Of a stretch of DNA of 64,000 bases, positions 45,061-54,294 are shown piece after piece. The notes under the pieces are model-generated. The model searched no databases, was not told the origin of the DNA, and saw nothing but the letters and a program-made list of their open reading frames with translations. Location: the NCBI GenBank assembly GCA_963812155.1, contig CAWETW010000003.1:32001-96000 (forward strand). Reading direction: 5' to 3'. The stretch's first letter is position 1; every line of letters starts with the position of its first letter. Both the position numbers and the translations under genes were made by a program. This stretch comes from Vulcanimicrobiota bacterium. Lineage in GTDB: Bacteria > Vulcanimicrobiota > Vulcanimicrobiia > Vulcanimicrobiales > Vulcanimicrobiaceae.

Positions 45061-45094
45061 CGCTCGCTAGGGCCTACGCTCGCTAGGGCTACGC
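45061..45094. repeat. Short tandem repeat upstream of the stress operon
   Basis: CGCTCGCTAGGGCCTA-CGCTCGCTAGGGCTA-CGC. Confidence 0.7.
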
Positions 45095-45121
45095 ACAACC
45101 GACCTGAGAAGGAGAAGACTG

Positions 45122-45529
45122 GTGACCTCGACCGAGATCGGCGTCCTCGTGCTCGACGTGCTGGCGGGCGTCGGCGTGCTGCTGGCAGGCGTCGGCGTGT
45201 TAATCGGCATGCTCGCCCTGGCCAAGACCCTGACCCGCGTAAACGTGACGCTCGACGGCGTCGACCATCAGCTCGAAAACCTCGGCGAGCCCGTCGCCAA
45301 GACGCTGGGGCACGTCGATGCCATCGCCGACACGGCGGACCGCACCGTCGCGCGGCTGAGCGGCGTAGCGCAGTCGCTCGAAGACGTGGCCGGCAGCGTT
45401 TCGGAAACGGCGGAGCTGGCAAAGAACGCGCTCACGCCGGCGATCGTGAACGTCGGCACGACGATCACCGGGATCACCAGTGGTTTGCGGCGCTTGGTTA
45501 CGGGAAAGAGTTCACCGGATCAATCCTAA
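45122..45529 (+). CDS. DUF948 (YtxG-like) general stress protein
   Basis: N-terminal TM followed by heptad helices; AAGGAG RBS. Confidence 0.75.
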   Translation: MTSTEIGVLVLDVLAGVGVLLAGVGVLIGMLALAKTLTRVNVTLDGVDHQLENLGEPVAKTLGHVDAIADTADRTVARLSGVAQSLEDVAGSVSETAELAKNALTPAIVNVGTTITGITSGLRRLVTGKSSPDQS

Positions 45530-45542
45530 CGGGAGCATTTCT

Positions 45543-45881
45543 ATGGCTAACGGTAAAGGCGGCGGATTTTTCGCCGGGTTTCTCCTCGGTTCGATCGTGG
45601 GCGGGGCGGCGGCCGTTCTGTTGACGCAAGAAGAAACGCGCGATCTGCTGGCCGGCAAGGCGCGCGAGGCCGGCAATTTCGCCAAGGACGCAACCGACGA
45701 CTTGCGCGGCAAGGTCGGCGACGTCGCGAACCAGTGGCAGGCTAACGCCGCCGATCTCTACGAGCGTGGAAAGACCATCGTCGACAGCGCACGCGCCAAT
45801 GTGGACGCCGCGGTGGACGAAGGCAAGAGCAGTGCGGAGCAAGCGCGCGAAGATCTCACGCGCCAGAGCGAGGAGCAGTAA
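45543..45881 (+). CDS. YtxH domain protein
   Basis: GFFAGFLLGSIVGGAAAVLL...ETRDLL plus amphipathic repeats. Confidence 0.82.
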   Translation: MANGKGGGFFAGFLLGSIVGGAAAVLLTQEETRDLLAGKAREAGNFAKDATDDLRGKVGDVANQWQANAADLYERGKTIVDSARANVDAAVDEGKSSAEQAREDLTRQSEEQ

Positions 45882-45883
45882 AC

Positions 45884-46228
45884 TTGGATATCAAGGTGGG
45901 GGTGCGCGAGGCGCCGGGAGATTGCTACGTGGTCGATCTCAGCGGCGAGATCGACGTGTACACGTCGCCGAAAGTGAAGGACGCGATCGGCGAGCTGATC
46001 GATCGGGGTGTCTATCATCTCGTCATCAACCTCGAAAAAGTCCGCTATATCGATTCGACCGGTTTAGGCGTACTCATCGGCGGATTGAAACGGGTGCGCG
46101 AGCACGGCGGTTCGGTAAACTTGGTCTGCACCAATCCGCAGATCAAGAAGATTTTCGACATTACCGGACTCGTCAAAATTTTCGGCATCTTCGAAGCTGA
46201 AGACGCCGCGATGAAAGCCTTGGCGTGA
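45884..46228 (+). CDS. rsbV: Anti-sigma factor antagonist (STAS)
   Basis: GEIDVYTSP, YIDSTGLGVL (phospho-Ser), IFDITGL. Confidence 0.92.
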   Translation: MDIKVGVREAPGDCYVVDLSGEIDVYTSPKVKDAIGELIDRGVYHLVINLEKVRYIDSTGLGVLIGGLKRVREHGGSVNLVCTNPQIKKIFDITGLVKIFGIFEAEDAAMKALA

Positions 46229-46662
46229 ACCCCGCCGCGGAACGCGACGGGGCGGCGGAGATCGTCGACCTTCGAGTTCCCTGCCGGCCCGAATGGGTCG
46301 CGCTCGTGCGCTTGGCGACGGCAGCCGTTGCAAACCGTCTGCAGTTTTCGATCGAAGACATCGAAGACGTAAAGCTCGCGGTTGCCGAAGCGTGCACGGC
46401 GGTGATTCAACACGCCGCTCACGGAGAGTTCATCGAGGTGACGTGCGAGGCGATGCCGGGAGCGTTGCAGGTGCGCGTTCGCGATTCCGGGCACGCGACC
46501 GGAGGGCAGTCGCTGCGCGCGCTCGATTTCGAGCAAGCACGCGCCGCCGGGCTCGGCGTTTTTCTGATACGTACGCTGATGGACGAAGTGAGTTACGACG
46601 TTCATCCCGACTCGGGCACGGATCTGCGGATGGTGAAGCGGTTCGCCGGTCGACCCGGCTGA
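46225..46662 (+). CDS. rsbW: Anti-sigma factor Ser kinase
   Basis: IEDVKLAVAEACT, VRDSG, GLGVFLIRTLMDEV. Confidence 0.9.
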   Translation: MNPAAERDGAAEIVDLRVPCRPEWVALVRLATAAVANRLQFSIEDIEDVKLAVAEACTAVIQHAAHGEFIEVTCEAMPGALQVRVRDSGHATGGQSLRALDFEQARAAGLGVFLIRTLMDEVSYDVHPDSGTDLRMVKRFAGRPG

Positions 46663-47466
46663 GTGCACGAGCGAAGCGAGTCGCGGCCGAGCCGCGAGCG
46701 AACCCGCGAACTCTTCGCGCACTTCATCGTGGCGCGTCAGCGCCGCGAGCACAACGTAAACGACGTCGATGCCGAATACGAAAGGCTGCGCGACGAACTC
46801 GCCGTCGCGCATCTGAATCTCGCGCGCTTTCTGGCGGGAAAGTTCGCGAACCGCGGCGAGCCGCTCGACGATCTCGTGCAAGTCGGCACCGTCGGTCTTC
46901 TCAAGGCGATCGACCGCTTCGATTTAGAACGAGGCGTAGAGTTTACGACCTACGCGACGCCGACGATCGTCGGAGAAATCAAGCGCTATTTTCGCGACAA
47001 AGGATGGGCGGTCAAAGTTCCGCGGCGGCTGCAGGAACTCAATCTCGCCGTCAATCGCGCGGGCGACAAGCTGGCCATCCAGTTGGGACGCAGTCCCACC
47101 GTTGCGGAGCTCGCGGCCCACTTGTCGGCGGGCGAAGAAGAAATTCTCGAAGCCCAGGAACTCGGCCAAGCGTACAACTTGCTCTCCCTCGACAGCGAAG
47201 TCTCCGGTGAAGGCGATCGTAAGAGCCAGACCCTCGCGGATACGGTGGGCATCTCCGATGCCGGGCTCGATCTGCTCGAAGACCGCGCCAACCTCGAGCG
47301 CGCGTTCACGGTGCTCAACGGCCGCGAACGCGTCATCATCTACCTGCGCTTCTACGAGTCGATTTCGCAGACGGAGATCGCCCGGCGGTTGAACGTTTCG
47401 CAGATGCACGTCTCCCGGCTCCAGGCGAAGGCGCTGGAGAAGTTGCGTTCGGTCCTCGCGGAATAG
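46663..47466 (+). CDS. sigB: SigB/SigF-type RNA polymerase sigma factor
   Basis: DDLVQVG..GLLKAIDRFD, PTIVGEIKRYFRDKGW.VKVPRRLQE, SQMHVSRL. Confidence 0.9.
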   Translation: MHERSESRPSRERTRELFAHFIVARQRREHNVNDVDAEYERLRDELAVAHLNLARFLAGKFANRGEPLDDLVQVGTVGLLKAIDRFDLERGVEFTTYATPTIVGEIKRYFRDKGWAVKVPRRLQELNLAVNRAGDKLAIQLGRSPTVAELAAHLSAGEEEILEAQELGQAYNLLSLDSEVSGEGDRKSQTLADTVGISDAGLDLLEDRANLERAFTVLNGRERVIIYLRFYESISQTEIARRLNVSQMHVSRLQAKALEKLRSVLAE

Positions 47467-47524
47467 GCGCAGCGCCTCCGGGCCGCAGGACGCGGGAGTT
47501 TCTTCGACGCAGTCGGTTGCGAGT

Positions 47525-50128
47525 ATGAAGAGCCAGGAGTTACGTAAGGCGTGGGTCGATTTTTTCACCGCGCGCGGTCACAAGCTGTTGCCGCCGGCGA
47601 GCCTCGTGCCGCACGAGATGTCGACGACGCTCTTTACGATCGCCGGTATGGAGCAGTTCGTGCCCGTCTTCCTCGGCGAGCAGCCGGCACCGGCGCCGCG
47701 AGCGGTCACGGTGCAGCGTTGCCTGCGGGTCGCCGGCGCCAAGAGCGACATCGAAAACGTCGGTCGCACGGGGCGTCACGGCACGTTTCTCGAGATGCTC
47801 GGCAACTTCAGTTTCGGCGACTATTACAAACGGGAAGCGATTGCCATGGCGTGGGAGTTCTGCACGGACGTGCTGCGACTCGATCCCGCGCGGCTGTACG
47901 TCACGGTGCATACCGGCGACGACGAAGCGGCCCGCATCTGGACCCAGGAAATCGGCCTCGAGGCCGCGCGCGTATCGCGTTTCGACGACGACAACTTTTG
48001 GACGATGGGACCGACCGGTCCGTGCGGACCGTGCACGGAGCTGTTTTACGATCTTGGCGAGGAGCACGCCGACGGTCCCGGCGACGATGGTCCCAATAAG
48101 GGTTCGCGCTTCGTCGAGTTTTGGAACGTCGTCTTCCAGCAATACAACCGCGCCGCCGACGGTACGATCTCGGAACTGCCGCGCAAAGCCATCGATACGG
48201 GTGCCGGTTTCGAGCGCATGCTCGCGATCTGCAACGGCAAGTCGTCCATGTACGATACCGATCTCTTCACGGACATCGTGGCCGCGCAGCCGAAGGCCGG
48301 GGCGTCTCTTTCTGCGCAGGAGCGGCGGATTCGCCGCGACATCGTCGCCGACCACGCGCGCGCCGCGACGTTTCTCGTCAACGACGGCGTGTATCCCTCG
48401 AACACCGAGCGCGGCTACGTGCTGCGCTTTCTCATCCGCCGTGCGATTCGCAACGGACGCCTTCTCGGCTATCCCGACGGCTTTCTCACCGATCTCGTAC
48501 CCGCGGTCGTCGCGACGCTGGAATCGGGATATCCGGAGTTGCGGCGAAATGCCGCGCGCATTGCGAACGTTTTGCAAACCGAGGAACGTACCTTTGATCG
48601 AACGCTCGAACGCGGCACGGCGATGCTCGAACGCTTGCTCGACGAAGCCGTAGACCAAAATGCTATCGTCGACGGAGCCGCAGCGTTCGCGCTTCACGAC
48701 ACGTACGGTTTTCCGATCGAACTGACGCGCGAGATCGCGGGCGAGCGCGGCGTCACCGTCGACACGATCGGCTTCGAACGGTTGATGGACGAGCAGCGCG
48801 AGCGTGCGCGCAGCGATGCGGCAGCGAAGCGGGCCGACGTGGGCGTCGCCGACGCGCCTGCGATCGCCAGCGAGTTCACCGGCTACGAGGGGCTCGAAGG
48901 TTCGGGCGCCGTCGTCGCGCTTTTGCGTGGCGACCGGCACGTCGAGTCGCTGCGCCAGGGCGAGGAAGGCACGCTGGTACTCGACTCGTCGTCGTTTTAC
49001 GCCGAACGCGGCGGGCAAATCGGCGACCGCGGAACCATCGCCGGCCCCTCCGGTACGTTCGAGGTGCGCGACACCCAATATCTCGGCGAGGCGATCGCGC
49101 ACGTTGGCGCGGTGATTTCCGGCGAGATTTCGACCGGCCAGCAGGTTCTCACCACCGTGCACGATTGGTGGCGTCGCGAGATTCGCCGCCACCATACGTC
49201 CGCGCATTTGCTGCAGCGCGCGCTCAAGGACGTGTTGGGCGAGGACGTCAATCAAGCCGGCTCGTGGGTGGGAATCGACCGCATGCGATTCGACTTTCGC
49301 TGGGGAGGCGGCGCGCTGAGCCCGGATCAAAAACGTGCGGTCGCGCATCGTGTCAACGAGATGATTCGCGCCGATTCGCATCTCGAGACGCGCGTGCTGC
49401 CGCTCGATGAGGCCAAACGCACCGGAGCGATCTGGATGGCCGGCGAGAAGTACGGCGAGATGATTCGAGTCGTCAGCGCCGGGCCGTCGGTAGAGTTTTG
49501 TGGTGGAACGCACTCACATTCGACCGGCGAACTCGGCATGTTCCTCATGCTCTCCGAATCGTCGATCGGTAGCGGCATTCGCCGCATCGAATCGTGCGTT
49601 TCGCAATCCGCCGAAGATCACGTCGCGCGTCAGACCGACCTGATTGGAAACCTTTCTTCGTCGCTGGCGACGTCGCCCGAAGAACTCGGCGAGCGCGTCG
49701 GCAAGCTACAGCGCGACGTGCGCGATTTGCAGACGGCGCTTGGGCAGCTTAAGGCGCGGCTGGCTGCCGCCGACGCGCAGACGTACCTCGAAAACGTCGA
49801 GCGCAAGGGCGAGCGCGCGTTCGTGGGCGCGATCGTAGGTGAAGCCGGCAACGACGCATTGCGTCAACTCGCGGCCGCACTGCGCAACGGGTTCGCGCAC
49901 GGGGTCATCGCGCTCGTCGGCGTCGACGGATCGAACGTCAGCGTTCTCGTGAGCGCCAGCGACGACCAGGTGCGCGACGGCATTCACGCCGGCAATCTCG
50001 TGAAACTGGCTGCGCCGCTGATCGACGGCAAGGGCGGCGGCCAAGCCGCGCAGGGGCAGGGAGGCGGCAAGAAGGCCGCCGGCGCCGAGGCCGCCTTACA
50101 GGCGATACGCGCCGCAGTGCTCGAGTGA
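47525..50128 (+). CDS. alaS: Alanine--tRNA ligase
   Basis: AGMEQF, FLEMLGNFSFGDYYK, IDTGAGFER, editing HHTSAH and CGGTH, GKGGG. Confidence 0.97.
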   Translation: MKSQELRKAWVDFFTARGHKLLPPASLVPHEMSTTLFTIAGMEQFVPVFLGEQPAPAPRAVTVQRCLRVAGAKSDIENVGRTGRHGTFLEMLGNFSFGDYYKREAIAMAWEFCTDVLRLDPARLYVTVHTGDDEAARIWTQEIGLEAARVSRFDDDNFWTMGPTGPCGPCTELFYDLGEEHADGPGDDGPNKGSRFVEFWNVVFQQYNRAADGTISELPRKAIDTGAGFERMLAICNGKSSMYDTDLFTDIVAAQPKAGASLSAQERRIRRDIVADHARAATFLVNDGVYPSNTERGYVLRFLIRRAIRNGRLLGYPDGFLTDLVPAVVATLESGYPELRRNAARIANVLQTEERTFDRTLERGTAMLERLLDEAVDQNAIVDGAAAFALHDTYGFPIELTREIAGERGVTVDTIGFERLMDEQRERARSDAAAKRADVGVADAPAIASEFTGYEGLEGSGAVVALLRGDRHVESLRQGEEGTLVLDSSSFYAERGGQIGDRGTIAGPSGTFEVRDTQYLGEAIAHVGAVISGEISTGQQVLTTVHDWWRREIRRHHTSAHLLQRALKDVLGEDVNQAGSWVGIDRMRFDFRWGGGALSPDQKRAVAHRVNEMIRADSHLETRVLPLDEAKRTGAIWMAGEKYGEMIRVVSAGPSVEFCGGTHSHSTGELGMFLMLSESSIGSGIRRIESCVSQSAEDHVARQTDLIGNLSSSLATSPEELGERVGKLQRDVRDLQTALGQLKARLAAADAQTYLENVERKGERAFVGAIVGEAGNDALRQLAAALRNGFAHGVIALVGVDGSNVSVLVSASDDQVRDGIHAGNLVKLAAPLIDGKGGGQAAQGQGGGKKAAGAEAALQAIRAAVLE

Positions 50129-50850
50129 GTTTTCCGCCACGGCGAGGGTTGGCGGCACGTGCTTTGGCGCCGCTCGCGTTCGCCTGCGCATTTTTGGGGA
50201 TCGTCGCGCACGCGCCCGGCGAGCCGCTCGATTCGCAGTACGTGCTGTCGCGCTATGCGATGGCCATCGAAGCCGTGCCCGCCCCGAAGGACGTCGTCTT
50301 CACCTACACCGTTTCGCAACTCGGTCCGAGCAACGTCGAGCAGCGGCACACGATTTTTCGCAGCGGCTCGGACGTGCGCGACGAAACGCTCTCGGTCGAC
50401 GGCATCATGCTCTCGCGCAAACGCGTGCGCTTTTCGAGACACGACGACCCGTATGCGGTGAGCAAACTCGCGCCGCGAACGGTGTCGAATCAAATCTTAT
50501 TTCTCAGCGCGGCAAAAGACGGCGCGCACTACGACTACGCCTACGAAGTGACGCCGTTCGTCAAGCCGCTGGGTGCGGCGGTCGAACGCGTGACCATCGA
50601 CGGCGCGCGCTTTCTGCCGCGCGTCGTGCGCTTTCGAACGGCAAGCGCCAATGCGACCGGGGAGGGTGAAGTCGTCTACGCGCCGTTCGGACGCTATTGG
50701 ATGCCGGTGCTCGCGACGATCGATGCCGTCGTCAAAGGCAAACCGGCGCGCGAGCGGATCACGTGGGGCGATTACCGTTTCCCGGAGACGCTTCCGCCCT
50801 CGACGTTCGTGCCGCCGAAACCGTTGCGCCCGGCCGGGCCGCCGCCGTGA
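50125..50850 (+). CDS. Hypothetical exported protein
   Basis: N-terminal hydrophobic signal, beta-rich body; overlaps the alaS stop (GTGA). Confidence 0.65.
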   Translation: MSFPPRRGLAARALAPLAFACAFLGIVAHAPGEPLDSQYVLSRYAMAIEAVPAPKDVVFTYTVSQLGPSNVEQRHTIFRSGSDVRDETLSVDGIMLSRKRVRFSRHDDPYAVSKLAPRTVSNQILFLSAAKDGAHYDYAYEVTPFVKPLGAAVERVTIDGARFLPRVVRFRTASANATGEGEVVYAPFGRYWMPVLATIDAVVKGKPARERITWGDYRFPETLPPSTFVPPKPLRPAGPPP

Positions 50851-52013
50851 CTCGGGTCAAGCCCGCGTACGTCGCGGGCTTCGTCGCGCTCGTCATGACG
50901 GCGATCGTTTCGCGCGGTCGCGCGACGCCCTACGACAACTACGTTCTGCTGGCGCAGGCCTTCTTACACGGCCATGCGTGGATCGATTGGCCCGGAGCCT
51001 ACATCGATGCGCTCGGCTACGGCGGAGCGCACTACGTCATTGAAGCGCCGTTGCCGGCGATCTTGCTGCTGCCGTACGTCGCGCTGGCCGGCATTGCGGC
51101 GAATCAAACGCTGCTCGCGATCGTGCTGGCCGCCGTCGCGATCGGCGCGGCGTGGGAACTCGGCGAGCGGTTCGGACTCCAAGCCGAAGGCAATGCATGG
51201 ATTTGCGCATTCCTCCTAGCCGGCACCGACCTGTTGTGGTGCGCGATGCTGGGCGACGTATGGTTTCTCGCGCACGTGTCGGCGGTCTGCTTCACGTTGC
51301 TTGCATTGGTCGAGCTCGCCGGAAAACGGCGCGCGTGGCTCGTCGCGCTCTTTGCGGCGTGCGCCTTCGAGTCGCGGTTTACGCTCGTGCTGGCGTTGCC
51401 GGCGTACGCCTATCTGTGCTTCACCGAACCTGAAAAACCGTTTGCCCTCGCGCCGTCGTGGCGACGCGCGCTGACGGGATTTGCCGCCGTCCTACTTCCG
51501 GTGGCAGTGCTGTGGCTGCTCTACAACCGCGCGCGTTGGGGCACGTGGACCGACATCGGCTACACCACGTGGTATCATCAAGACGAAGCCGGATTCCCAA
51601 CCGGATCTCCGTTCCGGCTCGCGTATCTCCCCGAACAACTCTGGTCGTTCTTCGTGCGCGCTCCAACGCGTCTGGGAGAGTTTCCGTATTTGCGTCCGGA
51701 GTTCACCGGCGTCGCGCTGACCTGGACGTCTCCGGCGCTCGTGCTCGCGTTTCTCGCGCGCGGTCCTGCGCGCTGGGTCGTCGCGCTCTGGGGCGCGACG
51801 ATTCTCACCGCCGTTCCGAACGTTCTCTATTACGTGAACGGCTTCGCGCAGTTCGGCATGCGGCACGCGCTCGATTTCGAGCCGTTTCTCGTCGCGCTAA
51901 TGATGCTCGCCGTGCGTAAACGCTTCCCCGCATGGGGCTACGTGGTGATCGCGTATTCGATCGCCGCCGGCTTATGGGGTTGCTGGTACTGGAACTCGTT
52001 CGTTCGAACGTAA
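50847..52013 (+). CDS. Polytopic membrane protein, possible GT-C fold glycosyltransferase
   Basis: About ten TM segments; YDNYVLLAQAFL, YNRARWG, QFGMRHALD. Confidence 0.6.
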   Translation: MTRVKPAYVAGFVALVMTAIVSRGRATPYDNYVLLAQAFLHGHAWIDWPGAYIDALGYGGAHYVIEAPLPAILLLPYVALAGIAANQTLLAIVLAAVAIGAAWELGERFGLQAEGNAWICAFLLAGTDLLWCAMLGDVWFLAHVSAVCFTLLALVELAGKRRAWLVALFAACAFESRFTLVLALPAYAYLCFTEPEKPFALAPSWRRALTGFAAVLLPVAVLWLLYNRARWGTWTDIGYTTWYHQDEAGFPTGSPFRLAYLPEQLWSFFVRAPTRLGEFPYLRPEFTGVALTWTSPALVLAFLARGPARWVVALWGATILTAVPNVLYYVNGFAQFGMRHALDFEPFLVALMMLAVRKRFPAWGYVVIAYSIAAGLWGCWYWNSFVRT

Positions 52014-52880
52014 TTTCAGCTCGACGTATTGAATCCACTCGCCCGCACCGGAGCCTTCGCCGGGAACGGCGTCATCCAAGCGTCGCGAGCGTAGGGCGAG
52101 CACCATTCCGCTTTTCGTCCAAGCATGCGGCCGAACGGCAATCCAATGGTCGGCCGCGAAGCGGCGGCCAAGCTCGCGATCGGCGGCCCCGAGTTCCGTA
52201 CGGCTCATCTTTTCGGGCGAAATGCCGACGTTGATCGCCACGATCTGTGCCGGATTGCGCGAGGAAGCCGTAATGTAATAGTAGCGGCACCGATGAAAAA
52301 CCGTTGCAGTCCCCGCGACGCGATAGTCGAAGATGGCGGCGCTGCCGAACTGCGCGCCGCTGAACAACTCGGACTTCGAGCCGCGCGCAATCGCGAGCGT
52401 CGACTCGGCGAACATCGCGGCGACCGCCATGCCGGGCGCGGCCACGAGCGTTCCTTGCGACGGCAGCTTCGCAATCGCTTCGGCTTGCGAGTCGCTTGCG
52501 GTCGCCCTCGGGCCGGCATCGGAGCCGAAGAAACCTGCGTGAATCGCTGCCGGCAGCGCCACGGCCAATCCCGCAGCCATCAGCAGCCACAACGGCCAGA
52601 CGATCCATCCCGGCCGTGCAATGAGCGGCGCGAACGGTTGGGCGTTCAAGCCGCGACCGATCGCCTCGAGTCCCGACAGCACCAACCGTACCATCAAAGG
52701 AATCAACGAAAAGCCCAAGGCGACGAACAGCGTGAAGAAGACGATCCTTGCCGGCGTCTGGTACTGTAGCGGGTTCTTTACGGCGCCCGTCTCGATCAGC
52801 GCGTTGCCCCCGACGATCGCCAGTATCATGATGGCGAAGATTCCGCCGGATATTATCGCGAGCGTTCCGATTCGCGGCAT
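51972..52880 (-). CDS. Hypothetical membrane protein
   Basis: Three N-terminal TM helices plus a soluble domain. Confidence 0.6.
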   Translation of the reverse strand: MPRIGTLAIISGGIFAIMILAIVGGNALIETGAVKNPLQYQTPARIVFFTLFVALGFSLIPLMVRLVLSGLEAIGRGLNAQPFAPLIARPGWIVWPLWLLMAAGLAVALPAAIHAGFFGSDAGPRATASDSQAEAIAKLPSQGTLVAAPGMAVAAMFAESTLAIARGSKSELFSGAQFGSAAIFDYRVAGTATVFHRCRYYYITASSRNPAQIVAINVGISPEKMSRTELGAADRELGRRFAADHWIAVRPHAWTKSGMVLALRSRRLDDAVPGEGSGAGEWIQYVELKLRSNERVPVPATP

Positions 52881-53082
52881 CGAGCTTAGCAGTTGTAAGC
52901 GGCTAGAAACTGCCGCAGGTCATCGACCCGGCCGGCATGTAGAACGCGATCTAGCCGCGATGGATGTCGTGGACACGAAGTCTCACGTACGCGCTCGGGT
53001 CAAGCACGCCTTCCACGTGGACTCAACGAATGACCGCAGCTTCAGAGCCGTCCCTAGGTAGAATAAGAAAGGTCGAATCACC

Positions 53083-53424
53083 GTGAGGATAGAGGGCACC
53101 GCTAAGCTCGTCCGGATATTCCTCGGAGAGTCAGATCGCTGGAAAGGTCAGCCTCTATACATCGCCATCGTAGAAGAGATGCGAAAGTCGGGCTTGGCCG
53201 GTGCGACGGTATTCAAAGGCATCTTGGGTTTCGGTGCGCATTCGGTGGTCCATGCGGCTCGAATCGTTGACCTGTCATCCGACTTGCCGATCGTCATCGA
53301 ACTTGTAGATTCGGAAGAGAAGGTCGCTGCATTTCTTCCAACGCTCGACATCATGGTTGCCGAAGGTCTCGTAACGTTGGAAAAAATCGACGTCATCGCG
53401 TATAAGCCGGGGACGCTGAAATGA
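53083..53424 (+). CDS. DUF190 (PII-like) protein
   Basis: RIFLGESD, GLAGATVFKGILGFG, LSSDLPIVIELVD. Confidence 0.9.
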   Translation: MRIEGTAKLVRIFLGESDRWKGQPLYIAIVEEMRKSGLAGATVFKGILGFGAHSVVHAARIVDLSSDLPIVIELVDSEEKVAAFLPTLDIMVAEGLVTLEKIDVIAYKPGTLK

Positions 53425-53822
53425 AGCCGGTCGTCGCATTTCTCGCCGTGGGCACCGGCGGCGCAATCGGTTCGATGCTTCGCTATGCCGTAGCGCTTTG
53501 GATGGTCGATAGGGTTGGGCCCGGGTTTCCCTGGCACACGGCGCTAATCAACGTGATCGGCTCCTTCTTGATCGGCGCAGTCGCTGCTTACGTGCAGTTC
53601 AGCTCGGGGGTTTCCCCGCTGATAAGCGTGTTCGTCGTGGTTGGGCTTTTGGGTGGCTTCACGACGTTTTCAACGTTCAGTTTTGACACCCTGACGCTCT
53701 TATCAGATGGGTCGGCCGGCATTGCGCTGGCATACTCCGCCGGGACCGTAATCTTGGGCATATCGGCGGCGGCGGCGGGAGTCGCGATCGCGCGCGTCGC
53801 TTTGCATGCGGTGTCGATCTGA
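53421..53822 (+). CDS. crcB: Fluoride channel Fluc
   Basis: GGAIGSMLRY, NVIGSFLIG, GLLGGFTTFSTF. Confidence 0.93.
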   Translation: MKPVVAFLAVGTGGAIGSMLRYAVALWMVDRVGPGFPWHTALINVIGSFLIGAVAAYVQFSSGVSPLISVFVVVGLLGGFTTFSTFSFDTLTLLSDGSAGIALAYSAGTVILGISAAAAGVAIARVALHAVSI

Positions 53823-53837
53823 GACGGCGAAGGCCGT

Positions 53838-54272
53838 TTAGCGCGTGGTCATCGGGAGGCCGCCGATGCTCGGACGCGCACGCGCGGGCGCTTGCGGCGG
53901 CGCGGGCGGCTGTTCGTCGCTGCGCGCCTCGTACGGCCAATAACGAATCGCCAGCGAGTACGCGACGTAATCGTTGTAACCGTCGATTTCGTTTTGGATC
54001 GTGAAGCAGCGGCAGATCCACATCGGTACGGTCACGAACAGTCCGATTCCCGAGAAGAGCGCGAGCGACATGAGAATGCCGCGGACGTAGTTTCCGAGGT
54101 AGTACGACTCCCCGCCCACGACGCCGAGTACGAGCGTCAAAATGAATGCGACCGTGGGGTCCTTGGCATAGCGCTGGTACTCGTAGGCAAACGTCGCCTG
54201 GGCTTCGGGGCGCATCTGAACGGCGAGCATCTGAGTGTACGGGGTCAAGATCGTGTTCCTCCACCGTTCCAT
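53838..54272 (-). CDS. TM2 domain membrane protein
   Basis: AKDPTVAFILTLVLGVVGGESYYLG...GIL. Confidence 0.72.
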   Translation of the reverse strand: MERWRNTILTPYTQMLAVQMRPEAQATFAYEYQRYAKDPTVAFILTLVLGVVGGESYYLGNYVRGILMSLALFSGIGLFVTVPMWICRCFTIQNEIDGYNDYVAYSLAIRYWPYEARSDEQPPAPPQAPARARPSIGGLPMTTR

Positions 54273-54294
54273 ACGGCTTCGGGAAGCCGGTGTT

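Noticed and set aside
52955..53058. Fluoride riboswitch candidate upstream of DUF190-crcB (CCGCGA-TGGATG-TCGTGG hairpin, possible CGTCC pseudoknot partner)
   Set aside because: Lacks the conserved GAUGAC-type 3' element next to the pseudoknot, spacing is too long, and a -10-like TAGAAT lies downstream of it; not supportable without cmsearch.
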